DNA of 64,000 bases, taken from NCBI GenBank assembly GCA_028534125.1, contig CM052832.1, positions 8,372,001 through 8,436,000 on the forward strand, given 5' to 3'. This DNA is from Lama glama. Taxonomy: Eukaryota. A program made the position numbers and the translations under genes. Within the stretch, counting starts at the first letter, position 1; each line of letters begins with the position of its first letter. Shown piece by piece: positions 9,741-20,600 of this stretch. The notes beneath the pieces were generated by a model, which did not search any database, was not told where the DNA came from, and worked only from the letters and a program-made list of their open reading frames with translations.

Positions 9741-12190
9741 ATCCTGTGAAATAGAGGGGAAGCATCAGGGGCACTCTGCCATCTGTCAGCCCTCCCCCGT
9801 AGACATGGGCTGAGGAGATGGTGGGCACTGGCACAGAGATCGGGTCTGCCTGGAATCAGCAGGTGGCTGTGGGCAGGCACACTGCACTAGCCCTGCCAGC
9901 CACCGATAACCCCACCCAGGAGGGCAAACTGCTTGCATCATGGAAAAAACGGTGCTGCCACTGCAGCCACAGAGTGTTTCTAGAAGCTGATCTGGAGGGA
10001 GACCAGGGTAAAGACAGCTTCCCAGGCTGGCTGTGGAGCCTGGGGTGCACCGGAGCATGAAGGAGTAATTCTGGGCCACAGGGGCGGGGCCCTTGAGAAT
10101 AAATAAAGTCAGGACTCTGGAATGACTACTCCAAATTGTGGCCTGGCCTGCCACTCCCCGTCACACCCCCTCCCCCAACACCAACACCACATAGCAGTCC
10201 TGTCCCTGAAATGAGTTTCCCCTGTACAGGAGGGAAGAAGCAGCACCCAGCCTGCGAGGAAGCCTGGGCTCTGGCCAGATTTGGTGTGACCTTGGGCCCG
10301 TTCCTCCCTCTCAGCCTCACACTCTGCACATCTGTGTAAGTGGGTTGGGCTGATCTCTAAAGACACTGAAACAGAGGCTGAAGTGTAGGGTTTTGCCTTC
10401 CGTTTCCAGCCCTAAGAACAAGTGCCCTTTTCTCAGCCCAAGTGACATAAGGTTTGGAAGCCCACCAAGTCATCTGAAGTGCATACCCTCAGCTGCCTCT
10501 CCCCAGAGGCCATAGCTGAGCCTTCCCTGGCTCCTCCCTCCAGAGGAGTGAGGGAAGATGAGCTAGTGGATTAAGGAGGATGTGGGGGCTGAGGGGAAGA
10601 GGGGGAGGCTACAGGTGTGAAAACAGGAAGGAAAACAGTGTGGACTCCTAAAGCTAGTCCCTGGCCTTGCCTGAGGTCTCTGCTTCCCCATCCAGACAAT
10701 GGGCATAGAATTTCCCCCTCCACAAAAGGGTTAAGATCAGGCATCTTCAAAATGAGTATAAACAAGACCAGGGATCTGAAGAGGTCCTTTTCTAAGCCAA
10801 GTCTATATTGAAGAAGATGACTAATCAAGAATTCTTGACCTGATACTTCATCATGGTTGGGGATAGAGGTGCCCAGGCTTCGGGGCCACAAGGACAGGAA
10901 AGCAGAAGGGCCTGGGCCATGGTGGTTGGTAGCTGAGGGTAAAAAGGCCCAGGGTGGGAATTCCTTGGAAAAGCTCCCTGGAGTCCCCAAGGCCCATGGG
11001 AGGTAGAAGGGGGCAACTTCAGCACACCCTTGGCACCCTATCCACTGCCTCCAAGGAAAGCTGTTCTGCTTCCGCAGAGGCATGGACACACATACACTCC
11101 CTCCAACTTCAGGCATCGTGGTTTTCCTTATTTCTCCAAGACAACCTTCTCCTCAGCAAAGACCATTTGACCTGCCTCTTCCATACCACAGAGAGAGACC
11201 ACTGGAGCCTGAGAGGGGTGGGTGCACACTGAGAGCAGAGACTGTCAGTGTCACAGGCCATGGAGTGGCTGGGAAGTGAGGCCCTGGGTCAAGGAAAGGG
11301 ATCCCAGGTGAGGAAGGAGGCAGAACCGGTCAGGCTTCACCAGTGCAAACACTGCCCCTAGCCACTACCCTGGCCACTGGATTTGGGTCAGAGAAACTCG
11401 CCTGGAGGACCCCAGGGCCTTCAAGACCTCAGAGTGGAGTGCTGGGGGAGTGGTATCGGGTATGCCTACCCCCAGGCTGGAACCGAGGCCACATTCAGTG
11501 GTGAGGAGAGCCAGGGCGTCCCTAGAGAAATGGGAGGATCTGTACTCCAAACCGCGGCGAACAAAAGGCAGGCTGACTGGGGCTGGGCAGAGGGGCGGGG
11601 CTCCTGGGAGCTACAGCCAGCCCTCTGCTGGACCAGGAGGGAAGTTCACACGTACCCAAACCTGCTCCCCAGGAGGGCAGGGGGACGCCACAGGACTTTC
11701 TCTCTTAACCCCCAAAGGAATGCAAAACCCGGGGAGGGGTTCCATGAGGCTGGGCCCTCTGCACCTCCAGCTCACACACAGCCAGCAATCTGGAGGGCAA
11801 GGGTCCCAGCCCCCACCACACAGACCCCCACAGGTGGGACCTGACTGGATTGGAAGTGGAATGAAATATCCATCCTCCCCTGGGAGCAGGGGGGACAAGG
11901 GGCCTCCCTTGACATCTGGGATCCTTGAACGCTATCTGTCTTCCTGGTCTATGCTCACAGCTCCCACTCAAAATAAAATTTTACTGAAAAGGCAGAAGAA
12001 AAAGACTACAAGTCCTATTTCTAGCAGAGATCTGAGTAGGAGACACAGATTCCTACAGAATGAAAGGGTTAAGCTGTCAGCACTCACCTCTTCCTTCTCT
12101 GATCCCCAGATTCCTGTGTCCCTTTCCCACCACAGAGCTGAGAAGGAACTGGGCCTTCCTACCCACCCCCTGAGGGGTCAAGAGACTCAC

Positions 12191-12239
12191 CTTCATGAGG
12201 TTTCTGCTCTCCTGCTGTCATGGGTGCAGCCTGGGACCA
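12191..12239 (-). CDS. VEGFA: VEGFA exon 2 (WSQAAPMTAGEQKPHE)
   Basis: 49 nt, CAG acceptor and GTGAGT donor; one codon shorter than human, as in many non-primate mammals. Confidence 0.98.
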
Positions 12240-12639
12240 CTGAGGACAAAACAAAGAGCAAAGAATGGGAATGGGCAGGGGCAGGGTTGCACTGGCCCAG
12301 CCACCCCACCCTTGCTCCTTCCTCACCTCCTCCCAGCCCGAAGCCTCTGGCTTCTCCAGGGTTTCTGTATGGAACAGGGGACCTCTGGGAGCTCCCCACA
12401 GCACAGAGCATGCTGACCACCCCCAGACTGCTCCAATTCTGAAGCCAAGGAAGATAAAGACTGACCAGATATTGGGGTGTGGGGAGGCTCAAAACACAGG
12501 AGGAAAACACCAGAATGCTGCACTGTCCAGGTCCATGCCCCTCCCCCACATTTCCCTTTCCCAGGTCTCATTGGCCCCTTGCTGAGAAGTGAAGCCTCTC
12601 AGCCCCCCAGACTCCCTGGTCCAAAGCCACAGGTAAGTA

Positions 12640-13704
12640 TTAAGGTCAAACAGGAGGACAAATTTGGACTGGGGCAGGAAGGAAGGACTGGGGGCGAGAA
12701 AAACAACATGGTGACCTTCTCCTGCTGACATGACAAATACCAGGGTGAGCTGGTGCTGGGGAGGGAGGGGGGTGCGGAGGACCGAAGGGCACCAACCACC
12801 CTCCCCCATTCAAACTCCTCTGTCCTCAGGAATATTCAGCAAAACCCAGGTTGTCCAGAGGGTAAAACTTGGGAGGAAACCCTGGGGAGGGGAGGCCCTC
12901 AGTTTTCCCCATGCACAAATCTCCCCAGAGCCTGAATATATCTTCAAAGTCCCGGGCCTCGCATTCCCACCTTGTTCCCTGGTTTCTTCTCCCTCCCAGA
13001 CTGAGGAGGTCCCAAACCCCTCTCACCTGCTGGGCACCTTCCTCAAAGGCAACCAGGGAAGCCTTTTATGCCTTACCGCTGCCCAACCCCTAGGGGGCCC
13101 CCTGAACTACCTAAGCCTGAGGCTGCCAGGTCCCTCCCCACCCCCATCAGATCATTCCTCCCCTCTCCAGTGCCTGTGAAGGTCAACTAGCCCAACCATG
13201 TGGACCTGACAGCACCTCGCAGGCAAAGGCTTCCTCCAGCCCTTCCAGGGGGTCTACAGGTCTCACCACTGCCCACCCCACCTGCACCTCTTTGGCGGCG
13301 GATTCTGAGCAACAGAGCTGCACTCTAGCCCACAGAACTGCAGACTCCAAAGAGTCTGACAGTCTGCCTCTCTACTTCCCACACCTTCCCCCATGAACCC
13401 CCAGCCTTGCCCCAAGGGGCAAGGTCAGGTAACAGTTCCCAGGATCCCAGCTGGAGGGCCACCCACTGCAGCTTCCTCAGGGACCCCCTGGAGTGGGAGT
13501 GCCCACCTTAGCCCCTCACCCACCTCCATGGCACTGCCTGGCTTCCCTCTGTCAATATTCTCCCTATACCCTCCACTCCTCCTGGGCCCAAAAAAGCAAA
13601 GGGGACAGAAACTTCATACCCTCTCCTAGGCCAGGGGGCACTGGGAGGGGCAGTTCTGGGCGGGGAGGGGCCAGGTGCCCTTCTCTGGGGGCCTCTGAAG
13701 GTCA
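12640..13704. promoter_or_regulatory. Intron 1 cluster of ERR-type AAGGTCA half-sites (PGC-1alpha/ERRalpha enhancer)
   Basis: AAGGTCA at 12642, 13179, 13421, 13698 and TGACCTT at 12712; three fit TNAAGGTCA. Confidence 0.75.
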
Positions 13705-15246
13705 CAGTGTGGCCAGGCGGCGGGCCTCTCCTCCCCCTCCCTCCCCCTACTTGGAGGCCTGGAGCCAAGGCCTTTGTGCCAGGGTCTGAGGAACGCTGGG
13801 TGGCATCAGGGACCCCAGCCCATTTCTTTCCTTTTGCCTCTCTCCAGGGGTACTCTGGCTGAAGGAAGAGCGGAAAAAGACCCCTTAGGTGGTTTTGAGA
13901 AGCAAGCTGGGTGGCCAAGTTTGCAGTTCCAAAAAACCACCTGCTCCTGCTCCAACGCCCATTTCAGCAGAACAAAGTGTGTTTGCAAGGCTGTCAGGAG
14001 CTCCCTCCAAAGGTTCCGGGAGGGCTAGTCCCACATTGCCTGAGTCACAGCAAATTTCAAACCATTTTTCCAAAAAGTGTAAAGTGGGATAAAGACACTT
14101 TTTAAACCCTCCCTTAGGCCACCCCCATAAAAGCTAAAGCACAGATCACTCGGAAGTGTGGGGGAGGGGAGGGCAGCAGGCTGTCACCAAGTCGGGACTT
14201 TAGGTAGAGTCTCGACAAAGCACTGAGGTGGGCCCTGGCACCCCGACTCCTGATAGTGATCATTCTTTCCCTGGACTCTGGGACCGGAGAGGGGTTAAAC
14301 AGATCTTAGCAGAGAGGAGTCAAAAATAAAGGGGTGGCAGGGGATTCTCTTCGAGCTAGGGAGGAAATGGGAAAGGGGTATCAGGAAATTCTTCTTAAGA
14401 GGGGGTTAGGAGCTGGGGACAGCGGGAGGGATAGGGGTGGTTCTCTGGATCCTTCCGATGGGGCTACCTCGAGAGGTCACCTTCCCGCGGAGGGCCAGTG
14501 GGGGGAGGGGCGCCGCTCGCCGCCCCGGGCTCCCCGCTCGGGCCGCCGCGGCTCGGGGAACACGCGGCCGGCCAGGCCCGGGCTGATGTAATCGGCTCCG
14601 CGCCGCGCGCGCCCGTCCGGGCGGGGGAGGGCGGGCACCAAGCGGGACGCGAGCTGGTACGGGAGGGGGTGGTGCGGCGCAGGTGGCCCGGTGGAAGGGG
14701 GGGTCCCCAGCAGCAATCTGCCCCAAAACTTTTCCCCAACTCGCGTCGAGGGCCGCAGAGATCGCGCGGCAGTGACAGCAAGCCCCCTCTCTCGCCTGCG
14801 CCCTGCCCCCTCCACGCTCTCTCCCCTCCCCCGGTCCAAGGTCCGAGCCGCCCCCGCCATGCCGGGCTCCGACTACCGCCCCCCGCTGCCCGGACTTCGG
14901 GGACCAGCGGCGGGGAGCAAACTTCAGCCGCCGGCTGCAGCACAAGCCCAGCCCCCTCAGCCGTCTCCTCCGGCTCCCGCCCTCCGCTGGTCGGCCCAGA
15001 TCGTACGTGCGGTGACTCCGGTGGGTGGGCAGGGCCCGCGTGGGCGGTGAGACTCTATCCCGGTGCCCTCCCACCTAGCGCGCGCCCCCTCCCCCTACAC
15101 GTACCGGGATAGAGGGGAAGCCGCGCGCCCGGTGCCCAAGGACCCGCGTGGGACACGGAGCCCCCACGCGCGCGCTCGCACGCACGTCCCCAGCCGGGAG
15201 AGACGCTCTCAGCGGCCCGCGGCGCCAGGCGGGCACAACCGCTTAC

Positions 15247-15312
15247 CTTGGCATGGTGGAGGTAGAGCAGCAAGGCAAGGCTCCAGTGCACCCAAGAGAG
15301 CAGAAAGTTCAT
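15247..15312 (-). CDS. VEGFA: VEGFA exon 1 AUG-initiated coding part (signal peptide MNFLLSWVHWSLALLLYLHHAK)
   Basis: ATG at 15312-15310, 66 nt, donor AAG|GTAAGC; peptide appears in ORF 15055..15783. Confidence 0.99.
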
Positions 15313-15852
15313 GGTTTCGGAGGCCCGGCCGGGGCTGGCGCGGCTAGCGCTCCCTCTCCGGCTCGGGCTGCGGGGCCGCCCGCTCTCCTCAGCGCCTAGG
15401 CGGGCTCCTCTTCCTCCCGGAGCCAAGGCCCGGGCCAGGGCCTGGGGCGCGCGCGCGACTGGAGCACTGTCTGCGCACACAGCCGCCTCACCCGTCCATG
15501 AGCCCGGCTTCCGAGAGCCCAGTCGCCACCGCGGCCCCCTCTCCTCTTCCTTCTCTTCTTCCTCCTCCCCCTCCTCCGACTGCGGCTCCTCCCGAACGGA
15601 GCTAGCACTTCTCCCGGTTCCGCTCGGATCTGCTGCCCCGGGGCGGACCACGGCTCCTCCGGAGCGAGAACAGCCCAGAAGTTGGATGAAAAGTTTCAGT
15701 GCAACACCGCGAGCCCCGACCCCCTCCACCCCGCCTCCGGGCGCGGGCTCCGGATCCTGCCCGCGGCTCGCGGCCGCGTCCACCGTCGGCCGCCGGCCGG
15801 GGAGGAGGTGGGCGCTGGGGCGGGGGGCGGTGTCTGTCTGTCTGTCCGTCAG
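15313..15852 (-). CDS. VEGFA: CUG-initiated N-terminal extension of L-VEGF (180 codons, (L/M)TDRQTDTAPRPSAHLLPGRR...RASET)
   Basis: CTG at 15852-15850 lies 540 nt upstream of and in frame with the AUG with no stop; peptide closely resembles the human L-VEGF extension. Confidence 0.9.
15488..15499 (-). other. Three-codon uORF (MDG-stop) in the IRES-A region
   Basis: ATGGACGGGTGA starting 187 nt upstream of the main AUG, out of frame with it. Confidence 0.88.
15560..15577 (-). promoter_or_regulatory. 5'UTR G-tract GGAGGAGGGGGAGGAGGA (two-tier RNA G-quadruplex described for IRES-A)
   Basis: Motif read directly; function taken from human studies. Confidence 0.7.
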
Positions 15853-16340
15853 CGCTGCTGGTCCGACGCGGGATCCCGCGCTCTGGCGGTCACCCCCAAA
15901 AGCAGGTCACTCACTTTGCCCCTGTCCTCTCGTTTCTCGCTTGCCCGCGCGCGCTCTCTGACCCAGTCTCTCTTCCTCGACTTCTCTTTGGAGCTCTTGC
16001 TACCTCTTTCTTCTCTCTGCTGATTTCCAAAATCCGAAGTGATTTGGGGGAGTACAGGAGCAATCTCCCCAAACGGTCGGCCGGATTTAGCGGGGAATGG
16101 GAAGCCAAAATAAATTAAAACGGGAAAGAATACGGTTTTTAAAGATGTTTCGGAAAAAAGGAGGAGGGTAAACCCTGGGTAAATGAATATCAAATTCCAG
16201 TGCGGAGACCCCTGGCTGGTGACCCCGCCGGGTCGTCCCCCTCGCCGATGCGTCTCTCCGGACCGAGTGCAGCTGCCGCCGGCTCCACTCACCACCCGCG
16301 CCGCGGCCTCCTGGCAGCCCGGCGGCCCCAAACCTCTGCG

Positions 16341-16420
16341 CTCTTCACCGCTACCAGCCGACTAAAAAGAAGGCCTGGCTCCTCCCCGACACGCCCCTGG
16401 AACGCCCAGGGGCGGGGACA
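16341..16420 (-). promoter_or_regulatory. TATA-less proximal promoter with GC box (GGGGCGGGG 16409-16417 on +)
   Basis: Directly upstream of AGTCGGCTGGTAGCGG, which precedes the VEGFA TSS in human. Confidence 0.8.
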
Positions 16421-16897
16421 GACTCAGCCTCAGCCCCTTGCGTCCGTCCCCTTCGCGCGCCGCTTTGGCCCCTGGCGTTGTGTTCCCCTACGGACACGGA
16501 GGGAAGCCTGGCCCCCCCCCACCTACCCCAGCGAAGGGAAATCTCAAGCCCCACCAAGGTTCACAGCCTAAAAACGACCTATCCGCCCCTCTTTGCCTGG
16601 AGACGCCCACACCAGCGCGGTATTTGAGAAATGCGGGGAGTACAGGAAAGTGAGGTTATGTGCGGACAGGGCTCGAGAGCTGTTCCCTCTATGCTGGGAG
16701 TATAGAAGTGGGCAGGGGTTTGGAGGAGTCGGACAGGGACGGATGGAGAGAGAGACACTTAGATCTGTTGGAATCCTGGGACGACCCCTGGCCTTCTCCC
16801 CTCAGCACTCTCAGCTCCTCCGCAACACACAAACGCGTCCTCACTCTCACGCAAGACTGCTACTCTCCCAAGTTCACCCAGCTTCCCTGTGGTGGCT

Positions 16898-16916
16898 GAG
16901 CGCCCCCTAGTGACTA
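16898..16916 (-). promoter_or_regulatory. CTCF site TAGTCACTAGGGGGCGCTC
   Basis: Near-consensus CTCF core about 570 bp upstream of the TSS, between HRE and promoter. Confidence 0.8.
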
Positions 16917-17256
16917 CGGACGGTCTGCACGCCTCTGGCTCATGAGGCTTCAGGAAGAATGGGGGGAGTTTACCCCTGATCCCCCCAGTTCTGACCTCCC
17001 AAACAGTGGCATGTTTGGGACTCGAATGGCCTCATATACACAGAGCCCAGTGCTGGGCACAGGGGGCACGATGTATTCATCTGGACAATGTGTCCATCTA
17101 CAGCCCTTATCTGGCCTGCTGACATCAGAGTGAGATGCACCCAAAGGGCTGGAGTGACTGGGGTCCATCGGGAAGTGTTCAGGGAGGTTCCCTTGGGGAG
17201 AAGTATTTGGCACCATGTTTGTAAGGCTGAGAATGGGAAGCCGTGTGGTTCTGGGG

Positions 17257-17297
17257 TTAGTCAGAGGGAAGAGGACCTGTTGGAGCCCACGTATGCA
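17257..17297 (-). promoter_or_regulatory. Hypoxia response element: HIF site TACGTG (17288-17293), ancillary CAGGT (17275-17279), AP-1-like TGACTAA (17257-17263)
   Basis: Sense TGCATACGTGGGCTCCAACAGGTCCTCTT about 950 bp upstream of the TSS, the canonical VEGFA HRE. Confidence 0.93.
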
Positions 17298-20200
17298 CTG
17301 TGGAGTCTGGCAGAGCCCAAAGGGAGAGGCAGCTGGGCAGACAGAGGCCCTTGTTCCTGCTCCCCCCTCCACCCCAGATGTTGCCAGGGAACTGAGGCCA
17401 GGGGGCTGGTGGGGGCGGATGGAGGCCAGGGCCTGAGTGATGATTCAAACCTACTCACCAGCACTAAGGAACGTCTGTAGGCCAGCTGCCCAGAGCTCCC
17501 ACCAGGCCAGGGGCCAAGGCTTCTATCAGCCCCAGTCCAGGCTCACAGCTCATCTTCTGAACAGAACTGGGAGGTTCTCCTCAGCAGCCCCCCAGACTGC
17601 CAGGATCCCTTGCCTACTTCTCACAACTGGTAGCCTCTCTCCTCCCTTTCCTCAGTCCCTTCCCTTCCTTCAAAGCCTCCCTCACCCCAATTCCCTGAGT
17701 CTTCCCTAACTCCCCAAGGCCCCCCACCCCACCCTTACATATAGAAACCAGCCTGGAAAAATTCCTGGTTGGGCTTTGACCCAGCAGGGCCCCCTCACCA
17801 TCACCAGGAACAAGGTGTGTGTGTTGGGGGATAGGGGGTGGCTAATACCTGTGGGAAGAAAGAGACCAACCAGTCTCGTTATTCATCCAGATATGGCCAG
17901 GGCCTGGCCTGGGGCTTATGTAGCCTCTGTGAAGGCTTGGGCTGAAAATGGGGGCTAGGCTAAGAACTGAACATAACAAGTTGACCAAAATGATACAAGG
18001 AGGTTACTCAACCAGCCCTCAGCCTCAGCACATGGCACTGTGGTTTGGTAGGGGTGCTAGGTTACCCCTTTAGTACCCCAATTCCACAGGAGTGGTGTCC
18101 TGAGGCCTTTTAGAGTAAAGGGTCTGTCTTGCCCGCCACATCATCCTACCCTCTTCATCATTCATGCCTCCAGTCCTGTCTCCACCACCTAGCAGGCTCC
18201 CAAGCAGTAGGGACAAGGTCTTTTTACAGTTAGTAAATGTTTATTTGCTGGCCCAGGGCCCCCTCCCAGGCAGGCCTCCTCACCAAGTCTCCATGTTCCA
18301 AGCCACTGCGTGGGACACAGAAGCAAAGTCACTAAATTTCCTTCTTTCCCAAACTGATCCACATCTAGCACCCCAGAGCACAAGATGTGGGTATCTTGGC
18401 AGAGATCCACTGCCTCATCCCTACCCTGGGGCCAGCAAAGCCCAGGACAGAGGCTCCCAGTTTTACCACCAGGCCTCACTCTGGCCCCTTCCTTTGTGTC
18501 CCTTCTCATCCCAGTCCCTGAAGAGGCCTGAAGAGGAAGTCTTAATAAAGGACCCTGAAGTTGGGAGGAAGATGAAGGAATTCCAAGGAGGAGTGGCCAT
18601 CAATTGTCACTTAATAACCAAAAGGCTCTCCCCTACCTGAGCCAACCACCCCCTACTCAACAAAGTCTGTTACAGCATCCTCTGTGGGCTCTGCCCAGGA
18701 AACCAGGGGAATAGGGAAGCAGAACTGCAGCCTGGCCAGAGGGGTTCTGAGCACCCTTCGCTAGGGTGAGGAGTGGTTTCCCATCTTCACCCTTCATTTC
18801 AGAACAACAATTTGGTGGTGACCCCAGGGAGGGGGTTTAACCCTGGATCCCATCTCCCAGTGTGGTGTCACCAGCTTTCACAATAACACACTGTCATGGA
18901 CCCAGCCCCATGGGTTATCATCAAACTGAGAGCTCCTCACAGCTGGGTCTTCAAAAATAGGAGCCAGAAACACACAGAACAAGGAACACAAGTCAACAAT
19001 CATAAAACCACATCATGTCCCTGTAGCATCTTCTCCTCCCATGGACTTAATCTCCCCCCCAAAAAACTTGATTCCACTGGTCCTCCCTCTTCAGGCTGCT
19101 TCAGGGCAGGAAATATCAGGGCAGACTGTCCCCCAGAGAATCCCAAGGACATGGAGGGACCCAAGGTCACCCAGCAACATGGCAGGGGTGGTGGTGCATA
19201 GAGCAGAGAGCAGCCCAGAGAGAGATCATGCTGGTCCCCTGGAGGGGCAGCCTCAGCCTGTGGCTCTGAAGCAGTTCAGGAGGAGCCAAAGAGGAAAGAG
19301 AAGGAGTTGCAGGTGAGGGGGAAGGTGGGAGAGGGGCAGAGGTGGGTGAAGAAGAGCGTGAATAGTGGCCAGGAGCCAGCAGCGGCCCCAGACAAAGCGA
19401 GTAGTGATCGGGCCCAAGGCACAATTGTTGTACTGTGTCCTGCTGTCCTGACACCTTTGAGGTTCAAGAACTCTCTCCCTGTGAGTTAAACCCTCCAAGC
19501 CTGTGGATGGAGAGGCAGAGCCCCTCTGACAGGGGGAGAGATCACTGTGTCTTGATGTTGTCGAAACATTTCTCCAAGTGGAAGAAAGGTTTCTCCCTCA
19601 CTCCAGCCCCCACGTCCCAGGCACCTAGCAGCCTTGCAAGCACAGAGCTGTCCCACAGCAAGGGCAGGGATAGAATCTGTTCAGTTAAAGGGGAGAGAAT
19701 TGGGTTGGTTCCCCCCAATTCTCTGTCTAGCTGTGGGTCTCTCTCTCTCTTTCTCTCTCTCTGTGTCTCACTTGTTCTTTGCAATAAAGCAATGGGAAGA
19801 TGAAGTGAAAGCAAGGATGAAGGCCCCCTTTTTCCAGTGCCTCCATCTAGATCTGGAGGTTTCACTTGGGGTAATGATGGGTAATGACGCCGACTGGGGA
19901 ACAAGATTAGAGCAGAGGAAGCCCAAGAGGCTAACTCCTCCAGAGAACCAGTCAGGGAAAAGGGAGAGGGGGCAGAAGGGGCAGGGCAGGGTCACTGTCT
20001 GGGGGAGCACCCCAAACCGTAGCACCAAGCCCCATGAGCCTCGTCTCTGCCCCTCCTTCATGGGCCTCAGTCTAATCCCCTCCTACATGGGCCTCAATTT
20101 AACCCCCAAACATCAGACTGTCTCCCTGGATGGCTTCTCCCTGACAGCCCCAGGCATGTCCACTTCCTAACACTCCAGTCTTTGCCCCCTCACAGTCTGA

Positions 20201-20469
20201 CCCCCATCTGCCCATTGCTGCCCGTGTTCACACCCCCACCCAGTCTTGGAGGGAGTCCCTCTGCTGGGAAGAAGGTGGTGACAGAGGTGGCAGCTAAAGT
20301 CCTAAAGTCCTTCCCAACTTGGGAGCTGAGCTTTGTTCCAATTTGTGAATCTTTCCCAAGGCCTGCCAGGCACCAGGCACTGTGCTGATATTATAGGAGA
20401 TACACGGACACCTAAGCAGGGCAGTAGAAAGCGCAGGGACTCTGGATCCAAATGGACCCAAGTGGTACT

Positions 20470-20600
20470 TCTGGTTCTGCCACTCTTTAACTGTGTGACT
20501 TTAAGCAAGTTACTCAACCTCTCTGACCCATAGTTCCCCTCATCTGTAAAACGGGAGTAAAAATACCTGCCTTGGGGAGTTACTGCACACAACTACCCAC
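20470..20600 (+). mobile_element. MIR SINE
   Basis: ctgtgtgactttaagcaagttactcaacctctctg...catctgtaaaacggg. Confidence 0.75.

Larger units (their letters stand above)
377..16341 (-). other. VEGFA: VEGFA transcription unit (approximate TSS to distal polyA site)
   Basis: Eight exons reconstructed by hand. Exons 1-5,7,8a give 66+49+197+77+30+132+22=573 nt, a 190-aa precursor (VEGF164 type). Ends inferred from similarity to the human mRNA start and the 3' end ...TCTGATCTCAAA. Confidence 0.95.
14460..16640. promoter_or_regulatory. CpG island over promoter, exon 1 and start of intron 1
   Basis: Very high GC and CpG density compared with the rest of the window (visual estimate). Confidence 0.92.

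Noticed and set aside
11450..12442. 330-aa plus-strand ORF antisense to intron 2/exon 2, the longest in the window
   Set aside because: GTG start, no recognisable domain, Pro/Ser/Gly-rich composition typical of chance ORFs in GC-rich DNA.
14406..16331. Many overlapping 100-220 aa ORFs across the CpG island
   Set aside because: Stop-codon depletion at high GC; only the L-VEGF frame resembles a known protein.
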